Part shown: in pieces, positions 8,614-18,509 of the stretch
Numbering within the stretch: position 1 is the stretch's first letter
How the letters are laid out: each line of letters begins with the position of its first letter
From: an uncultured Chloroflexia bacterium
GTDB lineage: Bacteria > Chloroflexota > Limnocylindria > Limnocylindrales > CSP1-4
Assembly (NCBI GenBank): GCA_963746845.1
Contig: CAVVCZ010000004.1
Location: 1,280,001-1,344,000, forward strand
Reading direction: 5' to 3'
Length of the DNA stretch: 64,000 bases
Notes under the pieces: generated by a model
The model's database searches: none
The model's input: only the letters and a program-made list of their open reading frames with translations
Told to the model about the DNA's origin: nothing
Position numbers and translations under genes: made by a program

Positions 8614-9948
8614 CTAGAGCGTGTCGCGCCCGAGGTATGGGCGGAGCACCTCGGGAACGCCGACCGAGCCGTCCGGTCGCTGGTACGTCTCGAGGATGGC
8701 GGCGAACGTGCGGGCCATGCCGAGGGCGGAGCCGTTGAGGGTATGGACGAGCTCGGGACGGGCACCCGGCTCCGGTCGATGCCGGATCGCCATCCGGCGC
8801 GCCTGGTAGTCGCGGAAGTTCGAGCACGAGCTGACCTCGAGCCAGCGTTCGACGCCCGGCGCCCAGACCTCGAGGTCGTACTTCTTTGCCTGGACGAAGC
8901 CCATCTCGCCGGTCGACATGAGGATCACGCGGTAGGCGAGCCCGAGCTTCTGGAGGATCGCCTCGGCCACGCCGGTCATCCATTCGAGGGCGTCGTTGGA
9001 CGCGTCCGGCTTCTCGAACAGGACCATCTCGACCTTGTCGAACTGGTGGACCCGGAGGATGCCGCGGGTGTCCTTGCCGGCGGCGCCGGCCTCGCGCCGG
9101 AAGCACGGCGTGTAGGCGCAGTAGCGGATCGGGAGCTGGTCCGCGTCGAGGATCTCGTCGCGGTGGAGGTTCGTGACCGGGACCTCGGCGGTCGGGACCA
9201 GGTACAGCTCGTCGCGGGTGACGACGTACATCTGGTCTTCCTTGTCCGGAATCTGGCCGGTGCCGGTCGCCGAGGCCGTGTTGACGACGACGGGCGGCCA
9301 GACCTCGGTGAACCCGAACTCGCCGGTCAGCGTGTCCATGAAGAACTGGATCAGGCCGCGCTCGAGCCGCGACCCCGAGCCCTTGTAGACCGGAAAGCCC
9401 GATCCCGCGACCTTCGCGCCGCGGGCGAGGTCGATGATGTCGAGGTCCGCAGCGATGTCCCAGTGCGGTCGACGTCGCCAGGTGGCGCCGCCGGCCGGCG
9501 CATCGGCGCCGGTCTCGCCATCGACCGGCTGATCGACGGGGAGCAGCTCTCCCCACGTGCGGACCGTGACGATCGCGTCCTCGCCGCCGACGGGGACGTC
9601 AGGGTCGGCCGGGTTGGGAATCCGGAGCAGCTGTGTCTCGATCTCGGCCTCGACCGTCGCGAGCTCGGCGTCGATCGCGTCGATCTTCGCGCCGGCTGCG
9701 ACCGATGCCGCCTTGAGCTCGGCGACCTCCGCGCCGTCCGGCTTCGCGCCGCCCTTGATCGTCTCGCCGATCCGCTTGCTGGCGATGTTCCGCTCGGCCT
9801 TGAGCGTGTCGCCCTCGCCGAGCAGCGCCCGCCGGCGCGCGTCCAGCTCGAGGACGCGATCGACGATCGCCGGGTCCTCGCCCTTGTCGATCGCGCCCCG
9901 CCGGACGGTGTCCGCGTCGTCGCGGAGCCGCTGCAGGCCGACGCTCAT
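8614..9948 (-). CDS. serS: Serine--tRNA ligase
   Basis: YLVPTAEVP, FRREAGAAGKDTRGILRVHQFDKVE, EVSSCSN, HTLNGS. Confidence 0.97.
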   Translation of the reverse strand: MSVGLQRLRDDADTVRRGAIDKGEDPAIVDRVLELDARRRALLGEGDTLKAERNIASKRIGETIKGGAKPDGAEVAELKAASVAAGAKIDAIDAELATVEAEIETQLLRIPNPADPDVPVGGEDAIVTVRTWGELLPVDQPVDGETGADAPAGGATWRRRPHWDIAADLDIIDLARGAKVAGSGFPVYKGSGSRLERGLIQFFMDTLTGEFGFTEVWPPVVVNTASATGTGQIPDKEDQMYVVTRDELYLVPTAEVPVTNLHRDEILDADQLPIRYCAYTPCFRREAGAAGKDTRGILRVHQFDKVEMVLFEKPDASNDALEWMTGVAEAILQKLGLAYRVILMSTGEMGFVQAKKYDLEVWAPGVERWLEVSSCSNFRDYQARRMAIRHRPEPGARPELVHTLNGSALGMARTFAAILETYQRPDGSVGVPEVLRPYLGRDTL

Positions 9949-11543
9949 GCCGGGATCTGCCCGGACGCGATGCGGAGACGGTCGAGAACGAACTCCGGGT
10001 CCAGCGACGCCAGCAGCCAGCCGGCCCGGGGCCCGTTCGCCCGGCCGAGGAACGCCGCGTAGAGCGCCGCGAACGCCTGACCGTGGGGCAGCCCGCGGTC
10101 CGTGGCGACGGTGAAGATCCGGTCCTGCCAGCCCTCGCCGGAGGCGGGCGGTCCCTCGGCGACCGCGTCGGCCAATGCCCCCAGATACCGCCGCTGGTCG
10201 TCGTGCAGGGCGAGGAGCGCCTCGACCGGCGGGTCGTCCCGGACGGCGACGATCGCGCGCTCCGGGGCGTATGTCTCGAGCCATGCCCGGGCGGCCCGGA
10301 GGCGCTCGTCGAGGATCGCCTCCTCGTGCGGGGTGAGGCCGCTCCCCTTCTCCGCGTCGATCCTTGCCCGGATGTCGACGTTCGGGACCTGGGCCAGGAG
10401 CGCGAGATGGCCGAAGGCCGGCCGAAACGCGTCGGCCTCCGTCGCGACATGCGCGTGCGGGTCGAGGAGCGAGTATGCGAACGTCGCGGCGTAGCCCGGC
10501 GGCAGCTCGCCGCGGACCGGCCGGCCGGCCGTCGCGGCCGCGAACTTGTCGAACTCGTCGAAGAGGCGCGGGACCGCGTCCGTCCCGTTCGGCTCGAAGT
10601 CGACCGCGTGGTTCGGCTTCGGGCGGAGGAAGAAGAAGCGGAGCTGCTCGGGCGGGATGACCTCGACGATCTCGTGGGCCGCGGCGCCACGCCCCTTGGA
10701 GGTCGACATCTTCCTGCCGCCGATGTTGATGAACTCGTAGGGCACGTTCATCGGCGGCTCGCGCTCGAACACCTCGCGCGCGATCGCGTCGCTCCGATCC
10801 CGGGAGCCGCCCGCGGTCGAGAGGTCCTTGCCGCACGGCTCGATCGTCACGCCGAACAGCGACCACTGGGCCGCCCATTCGAGGTTCCACGGCAGCTTCG
10901 CGCGGCCGCCGAACGGTGCGACCCAGCCGCTGTGCCCGCAGCCCGTCGCCCAGTCGACGAGGTTCGCGCGGCACTCGTAGAACACCCGCTCGCCGTCCCA
11001 CTTCGTGACGATCGTCGTCCCGATCCGGCCGCAGCTCTCGCAGATCACGTTGATCGGGTGCCAGGAGTCCGGGTGCTGGACGTTCGCGACCCGGCGGTAG
11101 ATCTCGCGGACGGTGGCGGCCCGGTCCAGCGCGGTCCGGATGAAGCCGTCCATCTGGCCGGTCGGGTAGATGTCGCTCATCCAGTAGTAGCGATCCGGGA
11201 CGATCCCGAGCCCGCGGAACGTCTCGATGAAGATCCCCGCGAAGTGGCGGGCGTAGCTCGAGTGGCAGTCGCTGACGGGATCCGGCACGTGGGCGAGCGG
11301 ACGGCCCATCTCGCGCTCGACGGCATCCGGCGTCAGGAGCGCCTGGGCATCCATCGGGTCGAGGTCGTCGACGCCGTAGAGGAGCGTCGTCTCCTGGCCG
11401 GCATGGCGGAGGGCGCGGGTGATGACGTCGAGGATGACGGGCCCGCGCAGGCTGCCGACGTGGACCGTCCCCGACGGGGTCTTGCTGTCGTTGACGACCT
11501 GCGGTCCGCTGACGCCGGCCGCGAGCTCGTCCGCCCAGTCCAC
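9945..11543 (-). CDS. lysS: Lysine--tRNA ligase, class I
   Basis: MDWAD N-terminus, PSGTVHVGS (HIGH-like), KLPWNLEWAAQW, EPCGKD, KMSTSKG. Confidence 0.95.
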   Translation of the reverse strand: MDWADELAAGVSGPQVVNDSKTPSGTVHVGSLRGPVILDVITRALRHAGQETTLLYGVDDLDPMDAQALLTPDAVEREMGRPLAHVPDPVSDCHSSYARHFAGIFIETFRGLGIVPDRYYWMSDIYPTGQMDGFIRTALDRAATVREIYRRVANVQHPDSWHPINVICESCGRIGTTIVTKWDGERVFYECRANLVDWATGCGHSGWVAPFGGRAKLPWNLEWAAQWSLFGVTIEPCGKDLSTAGGSRDRSDAIAREVFEREPPMNVPYEFINIGGRKMSTSKGRGAAAHEIVEVIPPEQLRFFFLRPKPNHAVDFEPNGTDAVPRLFDEFDKFAAATAGRPVRGELPPGYAATFAYSLLDPHAHVATEADAFRPAFGHLALLAQVPNVDIRARIDAEKGSGLTPHEEAILDERLRAARAWLETYAPERAIVAVRDDPPVEALLALHDDQRRYLGALADAVAEGPPASGEGWQDRIFTVATDRGLPHGQAFAALYAAFLGRANGPRAGWLLASLDPEFVLDRLRIASGQIPA

Positions 11544-11581
11544 GGCGTTGGCCTCCGGGTTGGGCGCGGCGCCTCGCCGCG

Positions 11582-12046
11582 CTAGGAGATGCTCACGACC
11601 TTGTAGGTGAAGTCGCCCGCGGGGACCTTCACGACGACCTTCTCGCCCTTCTTCTTGCCGAGGAGGGCGCGCCCGACCGGGCTTTCGTTGCTGATCCGAC
11701 CCTCCTTCGGCTTCGCCTCGGTCGAGCCGACGATCGTGAACGACTCCTCGCCGTCGTCGCTCGTGACCTTGACGGTCGAGCCGATCTGGACGTGCTCGGT
11801 CGAGTGGTTCTCGTCGATGATCGTCGCGTTCTTGATCAGCGCCTGGAGAGTCTGGATCCGGCCCTCGACGAACGCCTGCTCGTTCTTGGCGTCCTCGTAC
11901 TCGGCATTCTCCGAGAGGTCGCCGTGCTCCTTGGCATCGTGGATCCGCTGGGCGACCTCGGGTCGCTTCACGGACGTCATCTCGTCGAGCTCCGCGCGGA
12001 GCTTGTCGAGGCCGTCCTTCGAGAGATACGTGGGCTTGGTATTCAT
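11582..12046 (-). CDS. greA: Transcription elongation factor GreA
   Basis: GDLSENAEYEDAK, ISNESPVGRALLG. Confidence 0.97.
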   Translation of the reverse strand: MNTKPTYLSKDGLDKLRAELDEMTSVKRPEVAQRIHDAKEHGDLSENAEYEDAKNEQAFVEGRIQTLQALIKNATIIDENHSTEHVQIGSTVKVTSDDGEESFTIVGSTEAKPKEGRISNESPVGRALLGKKKGEKVVVKVPAGDFTYKVVSIS

Positions 12047-12107
12047 CGGAATCGGCGCCTCTGCGGCGGGTGACGGGGTGCGCGACGCGCAGCCGTCAGC
12101 GGCTTCG

Positions 12108-12157
12108 AATAAAGGAAAGAACTCCAGGCTGCGCACCGTTCCGCGCGCCTGAAGTTC
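12108..12157 (-). terminator. Intrinsic terminator in the greA 5' leader
   Basis: Minus strand GAACTTCAGG...CCTGGAGTTC hairpin followed by TTTCCTTTATT. Confidence 0.7.
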
Positions 12158-12168
12158 GACCGGCCGAA

Positions 12169-12197
12169 AGGGTACTGCGGGCGGTCCGGGGTGTCAA
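12169..12197 (-). promoter_or_regulatory. Sigma70 promoter for greA
   Basis: TTGACA-17 nt-TACCCT. Confidence 0.8.
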
Positions 12198-12421
12198 AGC
12201 GCCGCGAGTGCGGCCGAGCCTCCCCAGCTGCCTGACCCGGCGGATATGCACCGGGGTGTTGTCTGCGGGGTCTGGAGGGGCAGAAGGGGCCTCCGATCCG
12301 CGAAGCTGCGCACGGCCGAGCGTCATCTGCCGCACCGATTGCGCCCGCGTCGCTGCCTGCGGCCGCCGATCCCGAAGATCCAGCACTGCGGTGCATGTCG
12401 ATCGCGGGAACGGTCGAGCGG

Positions 12422-13243
12422 CTACTCGAGGAAGTGGATGCTCGAGACGAGCCGATCCGTGACCGCCGCGATCCCGGACCGGTTGAAGATCCCGGTGACG
12501 GCGACGATCGTGTCCGCATCGCTCGGTATGACGTACAGGCGATGGATCGGCGCCTTGCTCCTCGGGTCGTCCTTCGCCCCGAACTCGGCGAACGGATCGC
12601 AGTCCCGGTTCCGCAGCGTCACGTCGAACACCCGGACGGCGCGCCCGTCGACGTGGAACGACGAGCGCCGCACGACGTGGAGACCCGGGAGGCTCGTGAT
12701 CCAGCCCACGACCGCGTCCGGCGTCAGGGGATAGATGAAGTGGCCGACGTCGGCGGTCTGGCAGGCATCGGTCGTCATCGCCACGCGGTCCAGAAGCGTC
12801 AGCCTGCCCGTGGCGGTCGATTGCCTCAGCGAGGGCCCGTAGCGCCCCCACTCGATCGTCATGTGGTTGTAGTCCCGGATCCGGGCCACGGCCGTCGCCC
12901 GCGTCTTCGGCTGCACGTAGGTAAATTGCATGCCGAAGCCCCTCGTCTGGTACGTGGACCCAGGGGAAACTGGACCGGAGGCGGTTTGGACGCGTGGTGT
13001 CGCCAACGGCGTCGCCATCGCCGACGCTGCCGGCGACGCATGCGGATCGGGACCGATCGAGGGCTCGAGCGACGTGCCGGGCCGCGACGGCGTGGGTTGT
13101 TCCGGAAGGATGGCGAGGGGCGACGTCCCGGAAGGGATCGGCGGCGGCGAAGTCGAGCCGAGGGTGGCGGCCGCCACGAGGGCAGTGGCAACCAGCGCGG
13201 AGCCGACCACGAGCCCGACGGACCGGGGAGAGACGTGTTCCAT
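12422..13243 (-). CDS. Hypothetical exported protein
   Basis: N-terminal hydrophobic helix, Pro/Ser/Thr linker, globular C-terminal region; fills the gap between argR and greA. Confidence 0.6.
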   Translation of the reverse strand: MEHVSPRSVGLVVGSALVATALVAAATLGSTSPPPIPSGTSPLAILPEQPTPSRPGTSLEPSIGPDPHASPAASAMATPLATPRVQTASGPVSPGSTYQTRGFGMQFTYVQPKTRATAVARIRDYNHMTIEWGRYGPSLRQSTATGRLTLLDRVAMTTDACQTADVGHFIYPLTPDAVVGWITSLPGLHVVRRSSFHVDGRAVRVFDVTLRNRDCDPFAEFGAKDDPRSKAPIHRLYVIPSDADTIVAVTGIFNRSGIAAVTDRLVSSIHFLE

Positions 13244-13279
13244 GCCCTACAGATGCGCGAGCAGGGCCGTTTGATGCAA

Positions 13280-13744
13280 CTAGCCGGTGAGCTCCCGCAG
13301 GCGCGCCGCCGCACGCTTCAGGGCGGGCCTGTCCGGGCAGGCCACGAAGACCGTGTCGTCGCCGGCGATCGAGCCCGCGACCTCGGACCAGCGGGCACGA
13401 TCCAGGGCCGCCGCGATCGCGTGGGCCGATCCCGGCAGGGTCTTGACGACGAGGAGCAGGCCCGCCTCACGCACCTCGATCGGCAGCTGGCGGAGGAGCG
13501 CCCGGAGCCGGTCCTCGCCGGACGTCTCGGCCTCGACGAGGCGCGTCGGGAGGGCGTAGGCCTGGGTCCCGTTGCGGGGCGCCTTGACGAGCCCGAGCTC
13601 GGCGACGTCGCGCGACATCGTCGCCTGGGTGGTCTGGAAGCCGCGGTCGCGGAGGGCGGCGGCCAGCTCCTGCTGGGTCCGGATCGGGCGCGCCACGATG
13701 ACGTCGCGGATCGCGCGCTGGCGGAGCTGCTTCATGACCTCCAT
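13280..13744 (-). CDS. argR: Arginine repressor
   Basis: TQQEL, TQATMSRD, KTLPGSA, GSIAGDDTVFV. Confidence 0.95.
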   Translation of the reverse strand: MEVMKQLRQRAIRDVIVARPIRTQQELAAALRDRGFQTTQATMSRDVAELGLVKAPRNGTQAYALPTRLVEAETSGEDRLRALLRQLPIEVREAGLLLVVKTLPGSAHAIAAALDRARWSEVAGSIAGDDTVFVACPDRPALKRAAARLRELTG

Positions 13745-13799
13745 CGGGGCCGAGGGTAGCGCGCGCGACGGGGTTGCGGGGCGCCGGGCGCCGAACGGC

Positions 13800-14621
13800 T
13801 CAGCCGAGCCAGACCACGAGGACGATCGCGGCCAGCACGATCCGGTACGCGACGAAGATGTCGGTCGAGTGGGTCCGGAGGTAGCGCAGCAGGAACGAGA
13901 TCGCGAACACGCCGAACCCGAACGAGGCGATCAAACCAACGACGAGGGGAGCGATCTCGACCGGCGGCCCGGAGCCGCGCACGACCTGGAGCACCTCGTA
14001 CGCCGCCGCGGCCGCGGTGATCGGCGTCGCCATCAGGAAGCTGAAGCGAGCTGCCTCGTCGCGCTTCAGGCCGGCGAACAACCCGGCGGAGATCGAGATC
14101 CCCGATCGGCTGATGCCCGGGATCAGCGCGAGCGCCTGGGCCGCCCCGATCACGAACGAGGTCGGGACCGCCAGATCCGTGGCGGTCTTCGAGCGCGCCC
14201 CGCTCCGCTCGGCGACCCACAGGATCGCCGCGCCGACGACGAGCATCACCGCCACGAGCCCGACCTGCTCGCGGATGGCGTCCTCGAGATCGTGAAGCAG
14301 GAAGCCGGCGATGAGCGCCGGCACGGTCGCGACCGCGAGGAGGACGGCCAGCTTCCGGTCCGGATCACCCGCGAACGAGCGGTCGCGGAGCGTCGCGAAG
14401 AACGCCGGAACGATGCGCAGCCAGTCGGCCGAGAAGTAGAGGAGCAGGGCGAGCAGCGTTCCGATGTGGAGGATGACGCTGAACTCGAGCGAGGTGATGA
14501 ACGGATCGTCGATCCCGAGCAGGTACGGGACGATGATCAGGTGCCCGCTCGAGGACACCGGCAGGAACTCGGTGAGCCCCTGCACGGTGCCCATGATCAG
14601 GGCAGCGACGATCGGGTCCAT
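13800..14621 (-). CDS. uppP: Undecaprenyl-diphosphatase
   Basis: QGLTEFLPVSSSGHL, PGISRSG, ARFSFLM. Confidence 0.96.
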   Translation of the reverse strand: MDPIVAALIMGTVQGLTEFLPVSSSGHLIIVPYLLGIDDPFITSLEFSVILHIGTLLALLLYFSADWLRIVPAFFATLRDRSFAGDPDRKLAVLLAVATVPALIAGFLLHDLEDAIREQVGLVAVMLVVGAAILWVAERSGARSKTATDLAVPTSFVIGAAQALALIPGISRSGISISAGLFAGLKRDEAARFSFLMATPITAAAAAYEVLQVVRGSGPPVEIAPLVVGLIASFGFGVFAISFLLRYLRTHSTDIFVAYRIVLAAIVLVVWLG

Positions 14622-14655
14622 CAGATCGCCGACCCGGAGCTCGTTGCCGGGCCCC

Positions 14656-16908
14656 TTACCGGATGAACAGCGGGGCGAGGACGAGCGTGATCGTGGCCAG
14701 CAGCTTCACGAGGACGTGGAGCGACGGGCCGGCCGTGTCCTTGAACGGGTCGCCGACGGTGTCACCGACGACCGCGGCCGCGTGGGCATCGGAGCCCTTG
14801 CCAAGGACATTGCCCTGGTCGTCCTTCAGGTGGCCGGACTCGATGTACTTCTTCGCGTTGTCCCAGGCGCCGCCACCGTTGTTCAGCACGGTCGCAAGGA
14901 GGACGCCGGAGATCGTGCCGACCATCAGCATGCCCGCGACGGCCTCGAACCCGAGCACGATCCCGATCACGATCGGGGTGATGACCGCCACGAGGCCCGG
15001 GGCGACCATCTGGCGCAGCGCGGCACGGGTCGTGATGTCGACGACGCGGGCGTAGTCCGGACGCTGGGTGTAGTCCATGATCCCGGGCATCTCCCGGAAC
15101 TGGCGGCGGACCTCGACGATGATCGACTGGGCCGTCGTGCCGACCGCGCGAATCGCGAGCGAGCTGAAGAAGTACACGAGCATCGCCGCAAGGAGCGCGG
15201 CGATGAAGACGTTGACGTTGGCCAGGTTGACCGAGTTCAGGAGCTGGGCGCCGTCGACCCCGGCGGCGATCCGGCGGCCCTGGATCAGGTTGATCTTGTC
15301 GATGTAGGCGCTGAACAGCAGGAACGCCGCGAGCGATGCCGAGGCGATCGCGTAGCCCTTCGTGAGGGCCTTCGTCGTGTTGCCGACCGCATCGAGGCGG
15401 TCCGTGATCTCGCGTGCGCCGGCCTCGGCGCGGCTGAACTCGGCGATGCCACCGGCGTTGTCCGTGATCGGGCCGAACGTGTCCATCGCGAGGATGTAGG
15501 CCGTCGTCATGAGCATGCCCATCGTCGCCACCGCGGTCCCGAAGATGCCGCCGACGTTGACACCTTGCGGGTTGATCAGGTTGGCCTGCTCGCCGAGCCA
15601 GTGGCTGGCGAAGAGCGCGATGCTGATCGTGATCGCGGTCACCGCGGTCGTCTCGAAGCCGACGGCCGTGCCGCTGATGATGTTCGTCGCCGGGCCCGTC
15701 TTCGACGCCTCGGCGATCTCGCGGACCGGACGATACGAGCCGGCGGTGTAGAACTGGGTGATGTAGACGAAGGCGACGCTCGTGGCGAGGCCGACGATCC
15801 CGGCGGCGAAGAAATAGACCCACGTCGGGAGGCCGCCGACGCCGGTGCCGCCGTTGGTGTTCATCATCACGGAGGTGACGATGCCCAGGCCGACCACGGA
15901 CAGGAGGGTCGTGACCCAGTAGCCGCGGTTGAGCATGTTCATCGGGTCCTCGTCCTCGCGGCCGCGGACGAAGAAGATCGCCACGATGGTCGCGAGCAGG
16001 CCGAACGCGCGGACGACGAGGGGGAAGAAGATCCAGGCCTCGGGGTCCGGCCAGCCGCCGGCGACCGCGATCCCGTAGACCGCAACGCCCAGGATCATCG
16101 CGCCGATGTTCTCGGCAGCGGTCGACTCGAACAGGTCGGCACCACGGCCGGCGCAGTCGCCGACGTTGTCGCCGACCAGGTCGGCCACGACGCCCGCGTT
16201 CCGCGGGTCGTCCTCGGGGATGCCCTTCTCGACCTTCCCGACGAGGTCGGACCCGACGTCGGCGGCCTTCGTGTAGATCCCGCCGCCGAGCTGGGCGAAC
16301 AGCGCCACGAACGACGCCCCGAAGCCGAACCCGACGATGAGGAACGGCGCCTGGGCGGGCGTGACGTCGCCGACGAAGGTGTCGTAGGCGGTGAAGATGC
16401 CCCAGACGCCGAGCAACGACAGGGAGACGACGAGGAAGCCGGAGACGGCCCCGCCGCGCATCGCGACCTGGACGGCCTCGACGAGGGAGCGCCGGGCGGC
16501 GGATGCCGTCCGGACGTTCGAGCGAACAGCCACGAACATGCCGATGATCCCGGACGCCATCGAGCACAGGGCCCCGACGAAGAAGGCGACGCCGGTCATG
16601 ATCCCGATCGGCAATCCGGCCAGCTGCGGGACGTCGGCGACCTCCGGTGTCTCGACGAGGGTGATGACGGCGCCGATGACGAACACCCCGACGATCGCCA
16701 GGATGAAGATCGTCGTGTACTGGCGACGGATGAAGGCGACCGCGCCTTCGTAGATCGTCCCGGCGACGTCCTGCATCTCCTTCGTGCCCGTGTCTCGGCT
16801 CAGGACGTCGCGGGCCAGGTAGACCGCGAAGAGGATCGCGATCACGCCCGCCGGCAGGATGATCAGCTGGAGGGTTGCAGCGGTCATCAGGGTCTCGAGT
16901 TCCTCCAC
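14656..16908 (-). CDS. hppA: Membrane proton-translocating pyrophosphatase, K+-independent type
   Basis: GGIYTKAADVGSDLVGK, EDDPRN, DNVGD, GNTTKA (Lys at the K+-dependence site), GGAWDNAKK, GDTVGDPFKD. Confidence 0.95.
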   Translation of the reverse strand: MEELETLMTAATLQLIILPAGVIAILFAVYLARDVLSRDTGTKEMQDVAGTIYEGAVAFIRRQYTTIFILAIVGVFVIGAVITLVETPEVADVPQLAGLPIGIMTGVAFFVGALCSMASGIIGMFVAVRSNVRTASAARRSLVEAVQVAMRGGAVSGFLVVSLSLLGVWGIFTAYDTFVGDVTPAQAPFLIVGFGFGASFVALFAQLGGGIYTKAADVGSDLVGKVEKGIPEDDPRNAGVVADLVGDNVGDCAGRGADLFESTAAENIGAMILGVAVYGIAVAGGWPDPEAWIFFPLVVRAFGLLATIVAIFFVRGREDEDPMNMLNRGYWVTTLLSVVGLGIVTSVMMNTNGGTGVGGLPTWVYFFAAGIVGLATSVAFVYITQFYTAGSYRPVREIAEASKTGPATNIISGTAVGFETTAVTAITISIALFASHWLGEQANLINPQGVNVGGIFGTAVATMGMLMTTAYILAMDTFGPITDNAGGIAEFSRAEAGAREITDRLDAVGNTTKALTKGYAIASASLAAFLLFSAYIDKINLIQGRRIAAGVDGAQLLNSVNLANVNVFIAALLAAMLVYFFSSLAIRAVGTTAQSIIVEVRRQFREMPGIMDYTQRPDYARVVDITTRAALRQMVAPGLVAVITPIVIGIVLGFEAVAGMLMVGTISGVLLATVLNNGGGAWDNAKKYIESGHLKDDQGNVLGKGSDAHAAAVVGDTVGDPFKDTAGPSLHVLVKLLATITLVLAPLFIR

Positions 16909-17152
16909 TCTGGCTGGTTCCCGGACCGCGGACCGCGCAGCGGATCCAGCACATTGCTCCGGGGATCAGGGGCACAGGGGCTTCACACGCGGGTTCGGCG
17001 AGCGGGCCGCCGGGAGTGTAGCAAACACCGCGGTCACGCCACGCCGGGCGGCGCGTGGCGATGGCCGCCCGATCCTCCCGACCGGCCCGCGGGCCGTCGC
17101 CGCGTCGCACCGTATACACTCCCGGACTTGTGACCAGCACCTCCCCCGTCTC

Positions 17153-17749
17153 GTGACCCGACGGCCTGCCCTCGGCTGTCTTCTGGAGATCGTCGAGACC
17201 CTCGTCCTGACCCTGATCATCTTCTGGGTCATCCAGTCCTTCATCGCCCAGCCGTACCGCGTCCAGCAGCAGTCGATGGAGCACACGCTCGAGCCGGACC
17301 AGTACGTCCTCGTCGACAAGCTCACCCCGCACTTCGATCCGTACAAGCGGGGCGATATCGTGGTGTTCAACCCGCCCCAGAACTGGGTCCAGCAGGGGGG
17401 CCAGCCGTACATCAAGCGGGTGATCGGTCTCGGCGGCGACACGATCGAGCTGAAGGGCGGCGACGTCTACGTGAACAGCACGAAGATCAACGAGCCGTAC
17501 ATCTATCACGGCGAGGACGGCAAGGCCCAGCCCACCGACGACCTGATCGGCGTGAGCAAGTGGGTGATCCCCCAGGGCCAGCTGTTCCTGATGGGCGATC
17601 ACCGGGCGAACTCGGCCGACTCGCGCGAGTTCGGTCCGGTCGACGTCGGCGCGGTGATCGGACGGGCCTGGCTCCGGTACTGGCCGATCGATACGCTCCA
17701 GATCCTCCATACGCCCACCTACCCGGAGCTCACGACCTCGGCCCCATGA
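17153..17749 (+). CDS. lepB: Signal peptidase I
   Basis: SMEHTL, RGDIVVF, YIKRVIG, GDHRANSADSR; true start may be GTG 17130 if one base is missing. Confidence 0.93.
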   Translation: MTRRPALGCLLEIVETLVLTLIIFWVIQSFIAQPYRVQQQSMEHTLEPDQYVLVDKLTPHFDPYKRGDIVVFNPPQNWVQQGGQPYIKRVIGLGGDTIELKGGDVYVNSTKINEPYIYHGEDGKAQPTDDLIGVSKWVIPQGQLFLMGDHRANSADSREFGPVDVGAVIGRAWLRYWPIDTLQILHTPTYPELTTSAP

Positions 17750-17774
17750 ACGCGCGGCCGAGCCGGCGCGCGTC

Positions 17775-18509
17775 GTGAACCTCGCCCTGGCGGGGATCGC
17801 CGCCGTCGCCGTCGCGGGTGCCGTCCTCGCGGTCTCCGCGCGCGATCCGCGCGGCACGGTCCTCGGGCTCCTCATCGTCCTCCTCGCTTCCCCGCTGATC
17901 GCGGACCCGTGGCCGGGACCGCTGCCGATCCTCGCCCGGACCGCGGCCGCCCTGCTCGCCGCACGCCTCCTGACCGTCGGGCTGCGTGGCGAGGCCGGCG
18001 AGGCCGGCGGCTCGCGGATCGGCTGGCCGGCCGAGGCGCTTGTCGCGGCCGCGGCGGCCGTCGCGGGGTTCGGCAGCCACGGGCTGGGCGCCCCCGGTCT
18101 CGGCCCGGCCGAAGCCCAGGCGGCGGGGTTCGCCCTCGGCGCGCTGGCGGCCGCGCCGCTCCTCGTCGGTCGCGATGCGCTCCGGCTCGGCGTTGGGGCG
18201 GTGCTCCTCCTCCAGGCTGCGATCCTCGTCCGCCAGGCGCTCGACGGACCCGCGACGGATGCAGAGCAGCTCGTCCTGGCCCTGCTGACGATCGCCCTCG
18301 GCGGGGCGGTGGCGGTCATCACCGCGGCGGCGCGGGCGGCCGGCGGCCTCTCGGTCGTCGACGAGACGGGGCCCGACGGCTCGCGGCGCGTCCGTCGACC
18401 GGACGCCCATCGACGGACGGAGCGCGAGCTGGAGCAGGAGCGAGAACGCGAGCGGGCGCGTGACCGGGACCGTGGCCGCAACCACGACGACGCGGAGGCC
18501 TCGTCGTGA
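17775..18509 (+). CDS. Integral membrane protein, weakly NuoJ/NuoK (HyfE)-like
   Basis: About 6-7 hydrophobic segments; SARDPRGTVLGLL and GRDALRLGVGAVLLLQAA recall NuoJ and NuoK/MrpC motifs. Confidence 0.55.
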   Translation: MNLALAGIAAVAVAGAVLAVSARDPRGTVLGLLIVLLASPLIADPWPGPLPILARTAAALLAARLLTVGLRGEAGEAGGSRIGWPAEALVAAAAAVAGFGSHGLGAPGLGPAEAQAAGFALGALAAAPLLVGRDALRLGVGAVLLLQAAILVRQALDGPATDAEQLVLALLTIALGGAVAVITAAARAAGGLSVVDETGPDGSRRVRRPDAHRRTERELEQERERERARDRDRGRNHDDAEASS

